This document shows positions 27,637 to 48,890 of a DNA stretch of 64,000 bases, in pieces. The notes under the pieces are model-generated. The model was not told where the DNA came from. It made no database searches and saw only the letters and a program-made list of their open reading frames with translations. The DNA comes from the human T2T-CHM13v2.0 reference genome, Homo sapiens. Numbering within the stretch: position 1 is the first letter of the stretch; every line of letters starts with the position of its first letter. The stretch is taken from assembly GCF_009914755.1 (NCBI RefSeq), contig NC_060937.1. One strand, given 5' to 3'. The translations under genes and the position numbers were made by a program.

Positions 27637-30362
27637 TTAGGGACAATGTACACTACTTGGGTGATGGGTGCACTAAAATCTGAGAATTCACCACTGTATA
27701 ATTCATCCATGTGACAAAAAAAAAAACCATTTGTACCCCAAAATGTATTGAAATAAAAAATTTTTGAAAAAAGACATCAGGGAACTTTAAGTTGAAGTCA
27801 GCTAACAATGGAGTCCCATGTTTCGCAGTAATGGGTCTGCTTTAGTAGCTCCACTGCACTTAATCATAGGCAGAGAATAGCCCTTAGGAAGTATAAACCT
27901 GATACAAAAGTAGTAACACATGTAAAAATTTTTTGAAGCCCAGCACCTAGGGTCCTCAATTAACCTTCCTGTCCTGGGAAGTCTGTGAGGTTCATTGTTG
28001 GGTCACCACACTAACTTTTCTATTTTTTTAAATTATTTTTTCTCTCATTTTTTCTTCCTATTTCTTCCCAATCAACACACTAACTTTTCTAAAGGGCATT
28101 TCAGGTTTTTTGCTGAAGAATCCTCCAATCTCCTACCCCATAAGGTTTAATCCTAGCTGCTGGTTTATGGAGTAGGGCAGGAGAAGAGAGCTGAGAGTTC
28201 CATTATTCAAACGGCATATTTTCATTTGATCCCATCATTCTTAGACCTCTATCTCACTCACATGTCTCTGTGTCTGAAACTCCAAAGTACAAGAGCTATT
28301 GCAGTTTAATTTCTCCAGAAAATAGACTCCTAACTGAAGGAGAGTATCCCAGCTGCGTGGGATGGCAGAGGGGTCCCAGTGACCAACTGTTCCATGTGTT
28401 CATCTTCAACTGTCTCCCAGTTTTCAGCTCCTTTCTCACCCCCACCTTCTTCCATACCTGCCAAGTTCTAAAGCACTAAGCAGGTCAGAAGAGTGAATGC
28501 ATTATTTTCACTGATATTCTTCTCTGCAGGCACTCTGTTGTTGTTTCCTCAACTTCTATCAAGTCAATTTGTATTCTTCCAGCTATGAGCCTTCCAAAAT
28601 TTGTTTAAATCACTCACCTGCTGAGATTTCTTCTTATCCATTAATTTCAATGATCAGCTATCATGTCTTGTCTAATAAATATCATATCCAAATGTAAAAG
28701 TAGGCCCCTGGGTGCCTATTCTTAACATTTTCTTCACAATTCAAACTCAACTTCACCTATTTTGGTGATTTATGATAAAAAATTATGATTTTACTTACAC
28801 CAATTATACCCACAGTTTTCCAATTTTACATTTGTTATTGGATTTTGTCAGGTGGGAGTACTTTAGGAGTTTTATACATGGGAAGAATATGGGTTTGTGA
28901 GATAGGAGCATGTAAGAGTGAACACACCAAATGATGTAATAGTTATAAAAAAAATATCCTGAGGCCCCACACACATACTGCCTTACTTACTAGCTTCACA
29001 AGCAAAAAATGTTTTGACTAAAATGGGGAACATTCTAATTATGCACATTTGCATTTTTTAAAGCACAATAATACTACGCTTCAATAATATTTCTACTATT
29101 CTACAAGATTTAAAAATAATAATTTTATACTCAAAAACTGTGAATTCTAAAATAGATCACATTTGAGATTGCTAACAACCCACCCTGGTATTTGAGTTAG
29201 AAATTCCATCAATGTTTTTATTTAAAATTTTTTTGTAATGTACTAATTTCTAAAGCTTTATAAGCACCATGTGGAAAATGTATTAAGAAGCAGCTTCATA
29301 GCAGTTGTGGTCTTCGTGCCTTGTCCTTCGTTCTTTCTTCACTATTATCTTTAAGCTTTAACACCTTGGTTTCTTCCTCCAGCCTCTAACACATGACTTT
29401 GTCTCCCAGCTCTGTGCGTGTTCATTCTCTCCAGGCTCAACAGAGAGACACAAAGTATTTTCTCTTCTGCAGTTAGCCTCAGCATTGCCCCCACACACAG
29501 TTACAGCTGGTGTGGCCCAGAATTCCCAGAATAACCCACTTCATTCTCCTTCTCTATACCTGCTTCCTATGAGTTGTGTTTTAGGCATACTATGCTTTGA
29601 AATTATACTATAACTCAGGAAGTTAGGATGTTTCATTGTGGCAATCTCATGGGAATAAGGCCAGCATAAAAATAAATTATCCTGGGGAGACGACAAAAAC
29701 ACATTATAGATTTTGCAAAAACGACAGCAATCATGAAGTAACCTGGACCATTAACAAGAAGATATTTGTAATTATCCACTTATAAATATACATACCAGAG
29801 ATCCTTGAAAAGTATAAAATTGTACTACAATAACTTTAAGGTTCCCTCTTATTTTACTGACTCCAAAATGAACTAGATATCTTTAAAACAGAAGAACAGA
29901 CTCTCTCATTCCATCACTTCCAATTCACTGGACTGTTCATAACTTAATGTTCTTGATCTTCCCAAGGAGCTGCTTTTATCTGATTATATAAATCAATGGT
30001 AATATACTAGAAAACTGCAGCCTGGAAAGACAAAGCAACGCCACAGTTAAACTGAAAATTCTACTAGATATTAACAACAACGAAAATCATATACATAAAG
30101 CTAATTCTATTATCATAAAAGAGCTGTTTTGTTTTGTTTCTGACACTAATAACTTCTTAGCATTCCAAGCAATAACATATTTCACCTACGATCTTGTTTT
30201 AATTTGCTTTTTAAAGGTCATTTTCCAAGAGTAGATTGAAACAACAGGGTAAGAATAAGAAATTTCAAGATACTGTTTACACACCTGAAATAAAGTATAC
30301 TTAGGTTTTTAAAAAAGTCCCTCACCTCTATCCAAAGCAGAGAGAAAATTCCATTAGCTGCA

Positions 30363-30722
<360 letters not shown>

Positions 30723-32519
30723 TCACTCCACTGAACGCTTACAAAAGAAAAAACAGGAGAATACAATGTAGTTAAGCACAGCTCCTATATATATAGTACT
30801 TTTCAATATAGGCAACTGCAACAATGAAAGAACACAGCCTTCTACATTCTTAAATACCAAATGCCCCCTTGTGGACAGCACTGTTACTAGATTTGCATAT
30901 AAAATCTGTTTAAACTAACTTTTCTGTCTGTGATTTGAAGCTATGTACCTATCAATTGACCATTCTGATCTTGGAGAGAACACAAACCCAGTGAGGGCTG
31001 TCCACAGAACACCTCAGGAGGCAGTCTCAGAGATTATAGCATTTTAATAACCTCAATACTTTAAAAATATATACTTACACGTGTCAATAGTGCTCTAGTG
31101 TCACTAATTTTAATGACTGGTTATCAGGCATTAAAAACAACATTTCTAAGAATTTTCAAAAGGCATAAACTACCACAGTGAGCCCAGTGGGAGCATGACT
31201 AATTGGGTGTACAGTGAGGTAATGGGTCCCAGGAAGACCCAAATAGGGCTGGATGTCCATCAGGCAGCACAGCTAAAAGAAGAATCTGAATCATGGTAAA
31301 GAAATTAGTATCACAGTCAGGAAAATGGTGTGGGGCAACAGGATGAAGAAAAGATAAGTAGGTCAATGAGTAATAAGACTGGAAGTCAGAGAGTGGGACA
31401 TGACATGGACCACAACAGAGAATAATAGAGGGGAGAGTCTTGCTTCTCTGAAGAGCCAGGTGTGTGATAAAAACAATGGCCCGATGGTTTAAAAGAACTA
31501 AGACTTAAAACCATCTCTTTCTTCAGGCTTCTCTTGCTTTTGTAATATGTTCTTCTCCTGTTTGTCCTATGGCAAGCTGAAACATATGTCTGAAGGGAAT
31601 ATAGACAAACAGGCAAAGATTAATATTTCAAAAAGCCAATTCATCAAAGGATTAATTTGCAGGGAGACCAATCTACCTACGATTCCAAATTTACTAAAAA
31701 TTCGCTTTAAGGAAAATCATTCATATATGTGAACTTATAACCTGAAATATACTCTTTTTCTAAGAATATTTTCAATAATAATACTAAATGCTAAATGATT
31801 TCCGTAAGTTTTGGGTTTTCAACAAACATTTATTAAAATGTTACTAAATAAAATTATATTCATTAGAACATATTCAAGGATTTGGATTTCGGCAAATTGG
31901 CTTCCTGTGAATTGGTTTTCTACAAATTGATCAAGAGTCTTCCAGAGAATGTTTGAGATGAGATTAAGTATTTTCCTAAATAATGTTTCTCTGTTTCTAC
32001 ACCTTCTCCCCCATTCTTTTCACCACCAGCTAGTCTTGTTAGCTTTAGGAACAGGATCCATCTGACTGACTAAGCATATGCACTGGTGAGAGATTTCCCT
32101 GAAGGATCCAAGCTGCCTGGGTGTAGTGGAGGACAAGGGGGAGGGTACTGATAGGAAAACTAGAGAAAGAGAAAAATAGGGGTCATCACTTTTATGACTC
32201 TGAATGAGTCAAGGAATAGGACTTCCACTTTGCAATACAATTGACTACAGGGATATGGTGGGGCTTGTTGATAAGAGCCATTACAGTAACTTATCACAAG
32301 CAAGGCTGTATTCCACATCTTTCTCTGAGGGATATACATCCCCTATATCTGTTGATCTTAAGTTGTGCTCTGTAATAGAGCCTATTGTGAGGTCTGCCAA
32401 AAAAATACAAATGTCCAGGCCTTACTCCAGACCTACCAAATTTCTGGGGAAATCCTCAGAACGTATACTTTTAATATACATTAGTATACATACATAATGT
32501 ATATAAAAGTATACATTAA

Positions 32520-32982
32520 GCAGCACTATTCACAATAGCAAAGACATGGAATCAACCCAAATGCCCATCAATGATAGATTGGATAAAGGAAATGTGGTAC
32601 ATATACACCATGGAATAATATGCAGCCACAAAAAGGAAAGAGATCATATCCTTTGCAGGGATATGGATGGAGCTGAAAGCCATTTCCCTCAGTAAACTAA
32701 TGCAGGAACAGAAAACCAAACACCCCATGTTCTCACTTATAAGTGGGGCCTGAACATTGAGAACACATGGACACAGAGAGGGGAACAACACACACTGGGG
32801 CCTGTCAGGGGGTAGGGTGGGGGAGTGGAGAGCATTAGGAAAAATAGCTAATGCATGCTGGACTTAATACCTAGGTGATGGGTTGATAGGTGCAGCAAAC
32901 CACCATGGCACATGTTTACCTATGTAACAAACCTGCACATCCTGCACATGTACCCCAGAACTTAAACATTAAAATTAAAAAA
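32520..32982 (+). mobile_element. L1PA 3' end fragment
   Basis: gcagcactattcacaatagcaaagacatggaatcaacc...aacaaacctgcacatcctgcacatgtacccc. Confidence 0.9.
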
Positions 32983-33168
32983 GAATATACCTTTAATATA
33001 TATTAATATGGCTACAGGTCTTTGCTGAACATACCTGGAAATTCTTGGAAGGAATTTCAGGTAGGCACTAAGTCCCGTTTTGGTGAATGCACATGTTAGA
33101 GACTAGAAAATGTACACCCAACTAGCTCAAGGGAAGTAAAGGTTCTGCACTTTTTATTAAGAGGGTTA

Positions 33169-33468
<300 letters not shown>

Positions 33469-33679
33469 CTAATGAATTCTATTATAGTTTTGAGAAGGTA
33501 CCAAAAGATTCAGAAGATTCACAACTTATATAACAGCACAGCTTAATAAGTGAAAACAGATTGCACATCTTTGGGCCTTATGCTTATCCCTTCCAAGTTG
33601 ATTGGGGTTAATTTCACAACAGACTTGTTTTAATAAAATAGTACTTTTCCTTTATCAAGGGAAAACAGAACAGGAACTA

Positions 33680-33870
33680 ACAGAGCTTACTATGTCAGGC
33701 ACTATGTTATTTGTTTTATCTATCTCTAATAATCTTCACAGTAACCCTGCATGAGAGTTTAATTAACTCAATTTCACAGATGAGGAAATTAAGCCTCAGA
33801 GAGATGAAATAACTTCCTCAGTGTCCCATAGTCTGAATTTGAGCCATGATGGTCTGATTCCAAAACCTAC
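33680..33870 (-). mobile_element. MIR
   Basis: cacagatgaggaaattaagcctcagagag core. Confidence 0.65.
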
Positions 33871-35001
33871 GTTTCGAGGGAAAATAGGTTATACTCAGTA
33901 CATTTTCTCACCCCTACTCTTCCACTACACACCACATCACATTTTCTCCTATGTCCTAGCCTCTAATTGGCACTTCTTTCTTCGCTTTTGAATAATTTGC
34001 CTGAACTCTGGACAACGTGTTTTATCCTCTCCTACAGCAGAATTTTCTAGAACATTCTTTTCCTGAACATTCATAAAGCCTTCCCCTTCTTGACTTCTGT
34101 GATACCATTCTTCCAGTTGTCCCCCCATCCTTTCTCAATATTTTTCCTTCTCAATAATATTCCCTAAATTGCCTCCTAACACTTTAAATGTCAGCATTCC
34201 CCAGGGTTTCAACCTCAATTCTATTTTTCAGACTGCATATTTTTCCTGAGCAATCCCTTGTAGTTTCATGACTTCATGTGACACTTATGACTTGGTGATC
34301 TCTGTTTTCAGAGAAGCAACTTTCCATAATCCAAAACTATTTTCAGTTGCTTCCAAACCACTATCACCTGTGTAATACACACAAACAAAACTAAACTTAC
34401 CATTTCCTAACATCCTAATTTCAATTTCTATTATCCTGTTCATTGTAATCCATGAAGTTATTCAAGCCAAAACTCTCAATTGTCATTAAATTCTCTTGCA
34501 GTCTTACCCAATATCTAAGTATTCATGAAATCCTCATTCCTAAATAGATCTTTAATCTGTCTCCTCTGCTCCATCCCCATATAATACTGCCCAAGCTAAA
34601 AAAAAACCCACCTTCCCTTACCTAGACTACGACAAAAGCATCCTAGCTGGTTTCTCTGATTCAATTCTAACCCACCCTGAGGAATCCTTTCTTCATGGTG
34701 GTTGGGGTGGGGGTGGGAGGATCTTTCAACCTCTATATAAAATATTTCAATAGCTTCTTATCATATACAAAAAAAATTCACACTCCCTACCATGAATACC
34801 AAACCCTTTATTATTTAGCCCCTGCATATTATTTCCAGCTTCATCGCTCATCATCCCTCTTATTTATTCCAGACATACTGAACTAACTGTAGAGCTGGGG
34901 TGTCTTTAGACAGACTGACCCAGAAATACTTTATAATAATTTGAAAATCTACCTATCTTATGATTTTAAAATTCCACTTCTAAGAACATGTATACTTGAA
35001 G

Positions 35002-35151
35002 CAGTGGTTCTCAAACTTTTTTATTAGAATTACCTGAAGAGTTAATAAAAATATAGAGGTGGCAAGTAGGTTGAAGGACAGGACTTGGCCTTTGTATTTT
35101 TATGAAGTGCCCTAGGTGATTCCATAACCTACCAAAGTTTATGGATCACTG
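35002..35151. mobile_element. MER5-like hAT MITE
   Basis: cagtggttctcaaac ... gatcactg termini. Confidence 0.6.
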
Positions 35152-35159
35152 CCTTAAAG

Positions 35160-35380
35160 CAGAGGCTGGCAAACTATAACCTAAAGATCAAATTCAGCTT
35201 CTGCCTGTTTTTGTAAACCAAGATTTTTTAGAATACAGCCCACCAATTAGGTGTTGTCTATGGCTCCCTTTATACTACAGCAGCAGGGTTGAATAGCTAC
35301 AACAAAGATCAGAGATCATACAACTGCAATGCTGAAAATATTTACTATTTATCCATCTACAGAAAAGTTTGCTAAGCCTA
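35160..35380. mobile_element. MER58-like hAT MITE
   Basis: cagaggctggcaaactata ... aaaagtttgctaagcct. Confidence 0.65.
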
Positions 35381-36351
35381 GAGGAACACTTTGCACTGAA
35401 AGACACATATAAAGATATTCACTGTGGCAATGCTTGTCATAGTGAGATTTTGAAAAATTCATGATGTACGTAAATAGGCTAATTTACGTAATTCATGATG
35501 TACGTAAATATACTAAGGATATACACATATAATGAAATACTATACAACTGATAAAATTTACTAGATCTTTATTAACATGAATGGAATTAAATAATGAGTA
35601 AAAGAATGATATGCACAGTATGATACTTTTTATATGCATTTTTATACATACAACATGTAGAGAGATATTAAAAATAAACTGAAATAATATATACCAAATT
35701 CATGGTAGTCCTTGCCTATGAAAAGGAAACAAAAAGAAGACAGGGAGGAGAATAAAAGGGATCTCAACTCTATAAATTGTTTTCATTAAAACATTTAAAG
35801 TCAAAAAGGGACAAAGATCTGAAGATTTATAAATACTAGAATATGGAGTTGTTTGCCATAATACACTCTGTGGGTTTCAACTCAAAATTAAAACCAGAAA
35901 CAACCTAAAATACCCAGTTATAGGGAAAAGTAATTGAACATTCACATTCCAACACAATGGAACATAATATATCATTGAAAAATGCACATGAAGAGAACAT
36001 AACATATGAAATAATTGACTTAATTACCCCAATTAGCATAGGATTCAAAACTGTCCATGCGGTAAGGTTATAATTATATTTTAAACAACAATAAAAACTA
36101 GCTGTAATCCTTTTTCACTTTGTTTGTTGGCTGACTTATTTATTTGGTTGTTCTTTTTAATCAATATGTATGCATACAAAAATTACTAAAAACAGAACTG
36201 TCTACAGTGGATATGTTTGATTTTATGATATTCTTTTTCTATACCTTTTATTTTCCAAATAATATCAGCCGAATACATGTTGAACGAATATGTATGAATG
36301 AATTGAATGAATACATAAAATGAAATGCCTTCACTTTAAATGACTTTGTGT

Positions 36352-36848
36352 GTGGCAGATACAGCCAACTGTACGCTCACAATCCACTCTTCTCTTCTTC
36401 CTGTATATTCAGTAAAACACTATATTTCCTAGCCTGTCATGCACACGAAGGTGCCCATATGATACAGTTCTAACTCCCAATGAAATGTCAAGGGGAATTA
36501 CTGGGTGCAGCATCTTAGAAAGCTCTTTGAAGGGGAGTAGACGTGACCGGCTTTCACCTTTACCATTTCTCCTTCACCTATGTCTTTTTTTGAATGATAA
36601 CGTGAAGCAGCTGAGAAGGCGAAGCAGCCATCTTTAAACACGAGGACAAAAGCCACTCACAAATGGATGGCAGAGTAGAAACTTAGGGGAAGCCTGGATT
36701 CCTGAAGGCATTATACAGCCACTGCACCACCCCTGGACTGCAAACCTCATACTTTCTGTCACATGAGGAAAAAAAAGAAAAGAGAAAAAAAAAACTTTAC
36801 TTGTTTAAACCTTTCTCTTACATTCTGCCAAATGCAACCCTTGATACA
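36352..36848. mobile_element. MLT1 (MaLR) LTR
   Basis: tgtggcagatac start; gcagccatct and cagccactgcaccacccctggactg motifs. Confidence 0.55.
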
Positions 36849-37075
36849 TCATGCTAAAATAAAATTTTAATAAATTACCCCACTGAAAGACACTTAGAAG
36901 ATAATATAACGTATCTTACCTTCAGAGGAGAAAAGTGAACCTCAAGAAAAAAAAAAGTTGGAGGCACCAACCTATTATCAGAACAAAGACTAAAGCTTCA
37001 CTCTCACTTATGTGAATAATTTTTTCTAAAATATTAAAATCACACTGAACTTTACATTTCAAAATGGCTGAAACA

Positions 37076-37370
37076 GGCGGGGTGTGGTGACTTATACCTG
37101 TCATCCCAGCACTTTGGGAGGCGAGGCAGGTGGATTGCTTGAGCTCAGGAGTTCGAGACCAGCCTGGGACACACGGTGAAACCTCGTCTCTACTAAAAAT
37201 ACAATAATTAGCCAGGCATGGTGGCATGAGCCTGTAGTCCCAGCTATTCAGGAGGCTGAGGTGAGAGGACTGCTTGAGCTCAGCAGGCAAAGGCTGTAGT
37301 GAGCCAAGATTGAACCACTACACTCCAGCCTGGGTGACAGAGTGAGACCCTCCCTCAAAAAAAAAAGAAA
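37076..37370 (+). mobile_element. Alu (AluJ-like)
   Basis: Sense dimer with poly-A tail. Confidence 0.9.
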
Positions 37371-38959
37371 TGCTGAATGGTAAATTTTAAGTTATGTATA
37401 TTTACCACAATAAAAGAGAGATAAAATTATATTAAAATGAAGTCCACTTTAATGATATAGTTTAAAGATAACATTTTATACATTTTTGTCAAATAACATA
37501 TAAAATATTACACATATACTAGTCAACAACGAGTGCCCATCCTTTTGCTACTCATAAGCAAATCTGTAGTTTGAAATTATTCAAAATTAGTATTCAAACT
37601 AACACATCAATTTCATAAGTATGTACAGATTACTCCTAAACACTAAACAATCCACAACAAGGATAAAGAATCGGGAAATTTACAGATGGTATTTGAATTC
37701 ATACTCTATCCCACAAAAGCAACTAATTTAAGCCCTTTTCCCTAATTGTCAATTTAACAGGAAGCCAAAAATATGTCTGCATTACACAATTATATGTCTG
37801 AATTTCACAAATATTATTCTTTATATCAAAGAATAAGACTTAGTTTTGTCCTTAGCTAAGAGGGTCTCTTGACTGGATATAGGATTGTTGGATCCCAATG
37901 CTTTTTGCTTAGTAATTGGACACTTCTATCGCTGACTCCTTGATTAGATTTCTAATCTCTGCTGCTCAGACACACCCCTCTTGGATTCATGAGTACCAAA
38001 CACTCATGAAAGCACCTGTCCAGAGAATAGAGAGGACCAGTTCTGTTTATACTGAACTTTCATTCTCTTTCCTTTCTGCTTGGTCTGTGGTCCCACTCTT
38101 CGTTGTGCTAATATTTCTTCAGTCCTTTACTGTGGAGAAATATAATTCTCTGTCTCTGGATCTAAATTATTAAATCTCTTAGAGAACCACATTTTCTTCA
38201 AAAATAACACAAATACATCAAGGAAAATAAATGTATTTTTTCCAACATGAATATGTTCCAGAGTCTCAGGTAGTAGTTAGAAAACCAATTAAACGCTCCT
38301 TAGATATGCCCTAAGGTATTTTACCAAGTCATACCAGCACTTGTTGCTACTCTCCACAAGGGTGGTGATACCCACTCTGTTGAGCTAGGACTGAGCCTCA
38401 GTTATCAAGAAGCAGGTAGACAGAATATTTTATATCCAGTAGGTAGTAATAAAATTCTACCTGCAATTAAGAAAAGGCACTAAGCTTAACATAGCCCTAG
38501 CAACTATTTCTAAATGCCACAAGAGGGCGATATAACTCTATGACAGCACATGGGAAAACAATTTTTCGAGTTAGAAAAATTCCTGACTTTCCAAGATATG
38601 GAAATAAAGGCATGTCTGGGTTGAAAGTAACAAGCGTGCAAAAGGACTTATTTCTCCTCAATTCATTATTAGCAAAAACACAGTATTTGTCTATATCTTT
38701 CTCTGAAGGTTGGCGGTGATTCAAAAAGCAATATCTATACATGCTCTGCTCTTCAGGACACCTGTGAATATAGCTGGCAACTTAGTGCTCCACCTATAGC
38801 TACTCAAAAATTATTTGTTGTCCTTCAAACAGATCCCTTGAACAAAACAGTTTATTTGGACCTTGCGCTAGTCTTCAAACTTCTCTTTGAAATACGTCTG
38901 GAAAAAATAGACATAATTTCCTTCAATTATTCTTTGTGTTTAATCACATTTCTACTCAC

Positions 38960-39000
38960 CACTGGCATTCGTTCATAGACACGAATAGAAGATAGTCTAT
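38960..39000 (-). CDS. CCDC169: CCDC169 coding exon 4 (DRLSSIRVYERMPV), 41 nt
   Basis: Acceptor gtag| at 39001, donor GTG|GTGAGT; keeps the frame between exons 3 and 5; preceded by an 82-nt intron. Confidence 0.92.
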
Positions 39001-39044
39001 CTACAATAAATCAAATATGAGCACTTAATGTTTTATCAGTTTTA

Positions 39045-39242
<198 letters not shown>

Positions 39243-40757
39243 TTATTCATTAAAATAACATTATGAGCTTGATCTTACTCTATTACTATATTTGACTTTA
39301 TTGGCAATACAGATCAACTAGAAGGAAATAGTTATTAAGTCTGTATTTCTGTTAGTAAGATTTTCCAGACTGCAAGAATTAGACTCACACTCAGGCTACC
39401 AAACAGCCAAACCTTATCACAACTACTGCAATTCCTCTTCTTCCCTACTTCCCACCTGCTTTTTTCTTTTACTTCTTGTGCATCCTTACAATGAATTCAA
39501 TTAGAGGGAATATCAGGACATGTTTCTTTCCTTGGAACTTGAAATACCCATATATATAATATCCATATATTTCATATATGATATTTCATATACATATCCA
39601 TAAATATATATATTTCAAGTTCCAAGGAAACTTGAAATACATATTTATATATTTATACATTTTATATATGTTTATGTGTATATAAAATATCCTAAACATT
39701 ACTAACCTATCCAATGTCATGTTCATTTTTTTTCCTTTGAAAGCAATTCTGAAGTCTGCTGAATAACTATCACTTACGTGTCTGCCGTGTGTAAAGCACA
39801 CAATGCTTCACATACATTAAGTAATTTAATCCTCATTTTAGAAATGTAGTCACCTATTTTACAAAGATGAGGAAACCAAGGCTCAAAGATGTCAATGTCA
39901 AATAACATTCTTAAGATGACAGAGCTAATAAATAAGGGAACCGGGTTTTTAATCCAGTTTTATCTGCCTTTGAAATCATATCCTCTTAACTCCTAAGCTG
40001 AAGGAACAATGTACATTTAGCTATCTTCTCAGGCATTTTCTCTTAACCTTAAGCAGTTTTCTTTCACTAAACCCTTTTAGCTATTAAAGTCAAAGCATTT
40101 TCCTTATGTCTGGGGAAAAAGAAGAATACAGCCTAAAATTAAAAGGTCTTTGTTCAGATTCAAAGCCCAAAGCTAACTTTTTCGAGTCTTTAAAGTCAGG
40201 CTTTGTAGAGGGCAAAAAGATGGCTTCTTTTTCAACTTTAAATGCTCTTCACAGGTCTGAAATAACTGCTGCTACATAACAGTTAGTGGAAGAGTTAAGG
40301 AGAAAGAGTATTAGCACATACCACTACCAACCTCCTCAGCCCTGACACAGGTCTCCCTTACACCCTCATCTCTATGCAAATGCGGTCTACCAAAGGGGAT
40401 GGAACCCCCTCCCATACTGAAACTGAAAGTCATTAACCCAAAAGCTTTGGAAAGGTACAAGAAGAAAGGAGAAGCCCTGAAAGACTAAACATTTACCCAA
40501 AAGATACAGTAGAGCTCAACTGTATGGAATCATCTTTATAACTTGCTACCTAAAGTCTCCCTTTGTCATGGTATCCCCTTTCCTAACATGGTAACGGATT
40601 CTTCAGAGCAAGATGAGAATGGTTACCAAAAAATTAAAAATGCAATTTATTTTTGGCACATCTGAGTACAGTTTATAAATTTTGACACCATTTTATTTAA
40701 AAATATTATTGACTTTTAAGTCAATCATCAAATTTAATTATCAAATATAGACAAGCC

Positions 40758-41217
<460 letters not shown>

Positions 41218-41274
41218 TTACAGAGTCCAATTAATAAGAGCAAGGTCTGGCATAAAGTGGCTTTATTAACCCCA

Positions 41275-46727
<5,453 letters not shown>

Positions 46728-47496
46728 CTGTTATGTTTCACTTACTAACAAAGTCTCTCAGAAGCTCAGCAAACATGTGTTAATGCTGCAAAGCTTTCCC
46801 AAATTCATTTTATTCTAGAGTTTCCTGTATGAAATCTCTTATGTTAAATAAGTAAGAATTTGGACTAAACAGTTATGCCTTTATAGTTATAGTCTTCTGT
46901 TATCTCTTCATACAGGTCCTCATATTTCTGGTCAGGAATATTGTCAGATCTTTTATGGTTTCGGTTGGAATTGTGGGTGGGATCATTTAAAAACCCTATT
47001 TTCTAACTGGTTATTGCTGGCATTTGTTTTTTTAAATAAATATTTATTTCATGATTGTATCCAACTATTTTCTAATTCTTTATTAATATACTAATCTTTA
47101 TAACTGTATCACTTCCTCTCTAATAGCTATAACTCATTTCTATTTCATATTTTATTGCTTAATTAGAACTTTCAAAAACTATATTGCATTTTAATAATGG
47201 CAGCAGGCAGCTTTGGTATTTTTTCCCCCAAGAATGGAAATGCCTCTACTATTTCATTGTTAAGTATTATGCTAGTTTGAGATAAATAGAAGTATTCTTT
47301 TCCTTGTTTTGAAAAACAAATGGAATTTTATTTTTAAAATTTTAGCATTTACTGAGGTGATTTAAAAAAATATATTGGATTTATTAATATATTACCTACT
47401 AGCCAAAGGTATTTGGGCATAGAAACCAGCCTATAAAAGACTCAAAGGAGAAATCCAGGATGAAGATGTAAACTTGTGTGTTGTCAATAAGTCTTC

Positions 47497-47800
47497 TTTT
47501 TTTTTTTTTTTTTGGATGGAGTCTCGTTCTTGTCATCCAGGCTGGAGTGCAATGGTGCAATCTTTGCTCACTGCAACCTCTACCTCCCGGTTCAATCGAT
47601 TCTCCTGCCTCAGCCTCCAGAGTAGCTGGGATTACAGGCACCCACCACCACACCTGACTAATTTTTCTTTTGTTATTTTTAGTACAGACACAGTTTCACC
47701 ATGTTGGCCAGGCTGGTCTCGAACTTCTGACCTCAGGTGATCTGCCTGCCTTGGCCTCCCAAAGTGCTGGGATTACAGGTGTGAACTGCCGCACCTGGCC
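47497..47800 (-). mobile_element. Alu (AluS-like)
   Basis: Antisense dimer. Confidence 0.9.
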
Positions 47801-48890
47801 TCCATTTTTCAATCTATAAAACGGAGGTAATGATATTATTTTCAAAGGGTAGTTGTGAGGTTTCAATTTTTTTAAAAAACGTACTTAAAGCCCTACACAA
47901 ATACTAATTCTTCTTGCTTAAAAAAAAAGTCACCTGAACATTTTCTTTACCATTTTCTTATTACTAAACTTTGTTGTGAAATTCAAATTAAAACATAAAA
48001 CCAAATTTTCTACATACAGTTTCCTATGAATCCTAAAAGGCTTCAAGAGGTGACTTTGAGAATATAAAGCTCTTTGGAGTTGGCTGTGTTTACCACCTGC
48101 CTAAAAACTAATCCAGTGACAAGCAAGATCAAACAATAAGCAGATGAGAAAGTAGAAATAAAAACTACTCTTTTGAAGGCTTTTGCTGTAAATGGGGCAG
48201 GGACAGGGGATGCTAGCTGAAGGGGAAAAGTGGGGCCAAAAGAAGCCTGTCATTTGTTGTTTAGATAAAATAAATTCAGCATGTTGGTCTGCTGTTGGGA
48301 ATGATCCAGTAGAGCAGGGAAAACAGACAGTGTAGGGAAGAGAGGGCCATCACTACAGTGATATCCTTGAGTAGGTGCAAGTAGGTAGGATCTACTCCAC
48401 AAAGGGAGGAGATAACCTGAGACAAGAATAAGGACAGATCATTCATAGAAACAAGAGGGAAGAGGATGTGCAAGGGTGCAGGTAGATGGGTAGCTCTGTT
48501 GGTAGAAACAGGTAGAAGTCCTCTTCTGATTGCTTCTCTTTTTTCTTTGAAAGAAGAGGGTAAGCTCATTACCTGAGAGTGTGATTGAGTGGAGAGGTGG
48601 TAGAGGTTTGAGAAGAAAGCAGAAAGGGTGAAAAAATTATCTGAACAGTGAATGTACCCCTATTTGTCACATGTGCGCATATTTCCAGTAATAAATTCCT
48701 TTTAAAACACCTTTAATATTGCCCCACTGCCTTCAGGATAAACGTAAATTCATTAGCATCATGCAATCTTCTTGATTTATCTCCTTCATAAACTTTAACC
48801 TCATCTCCTAATGCATTCTCATTATGACCTATGTTCCATTTTTATCAATTACTTAGCATATTCCCCAAATGGCTTTATGTTTAATGCTCC

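Noticed and set aside
38862-38897. Acceptor-like ttttttccag just downstream of CCDC169 exon 4
   Set aside because: The intron from exon 4 would be only 62 nt, the following donor is poor, and the frame hits a stop; unsupported without reads.
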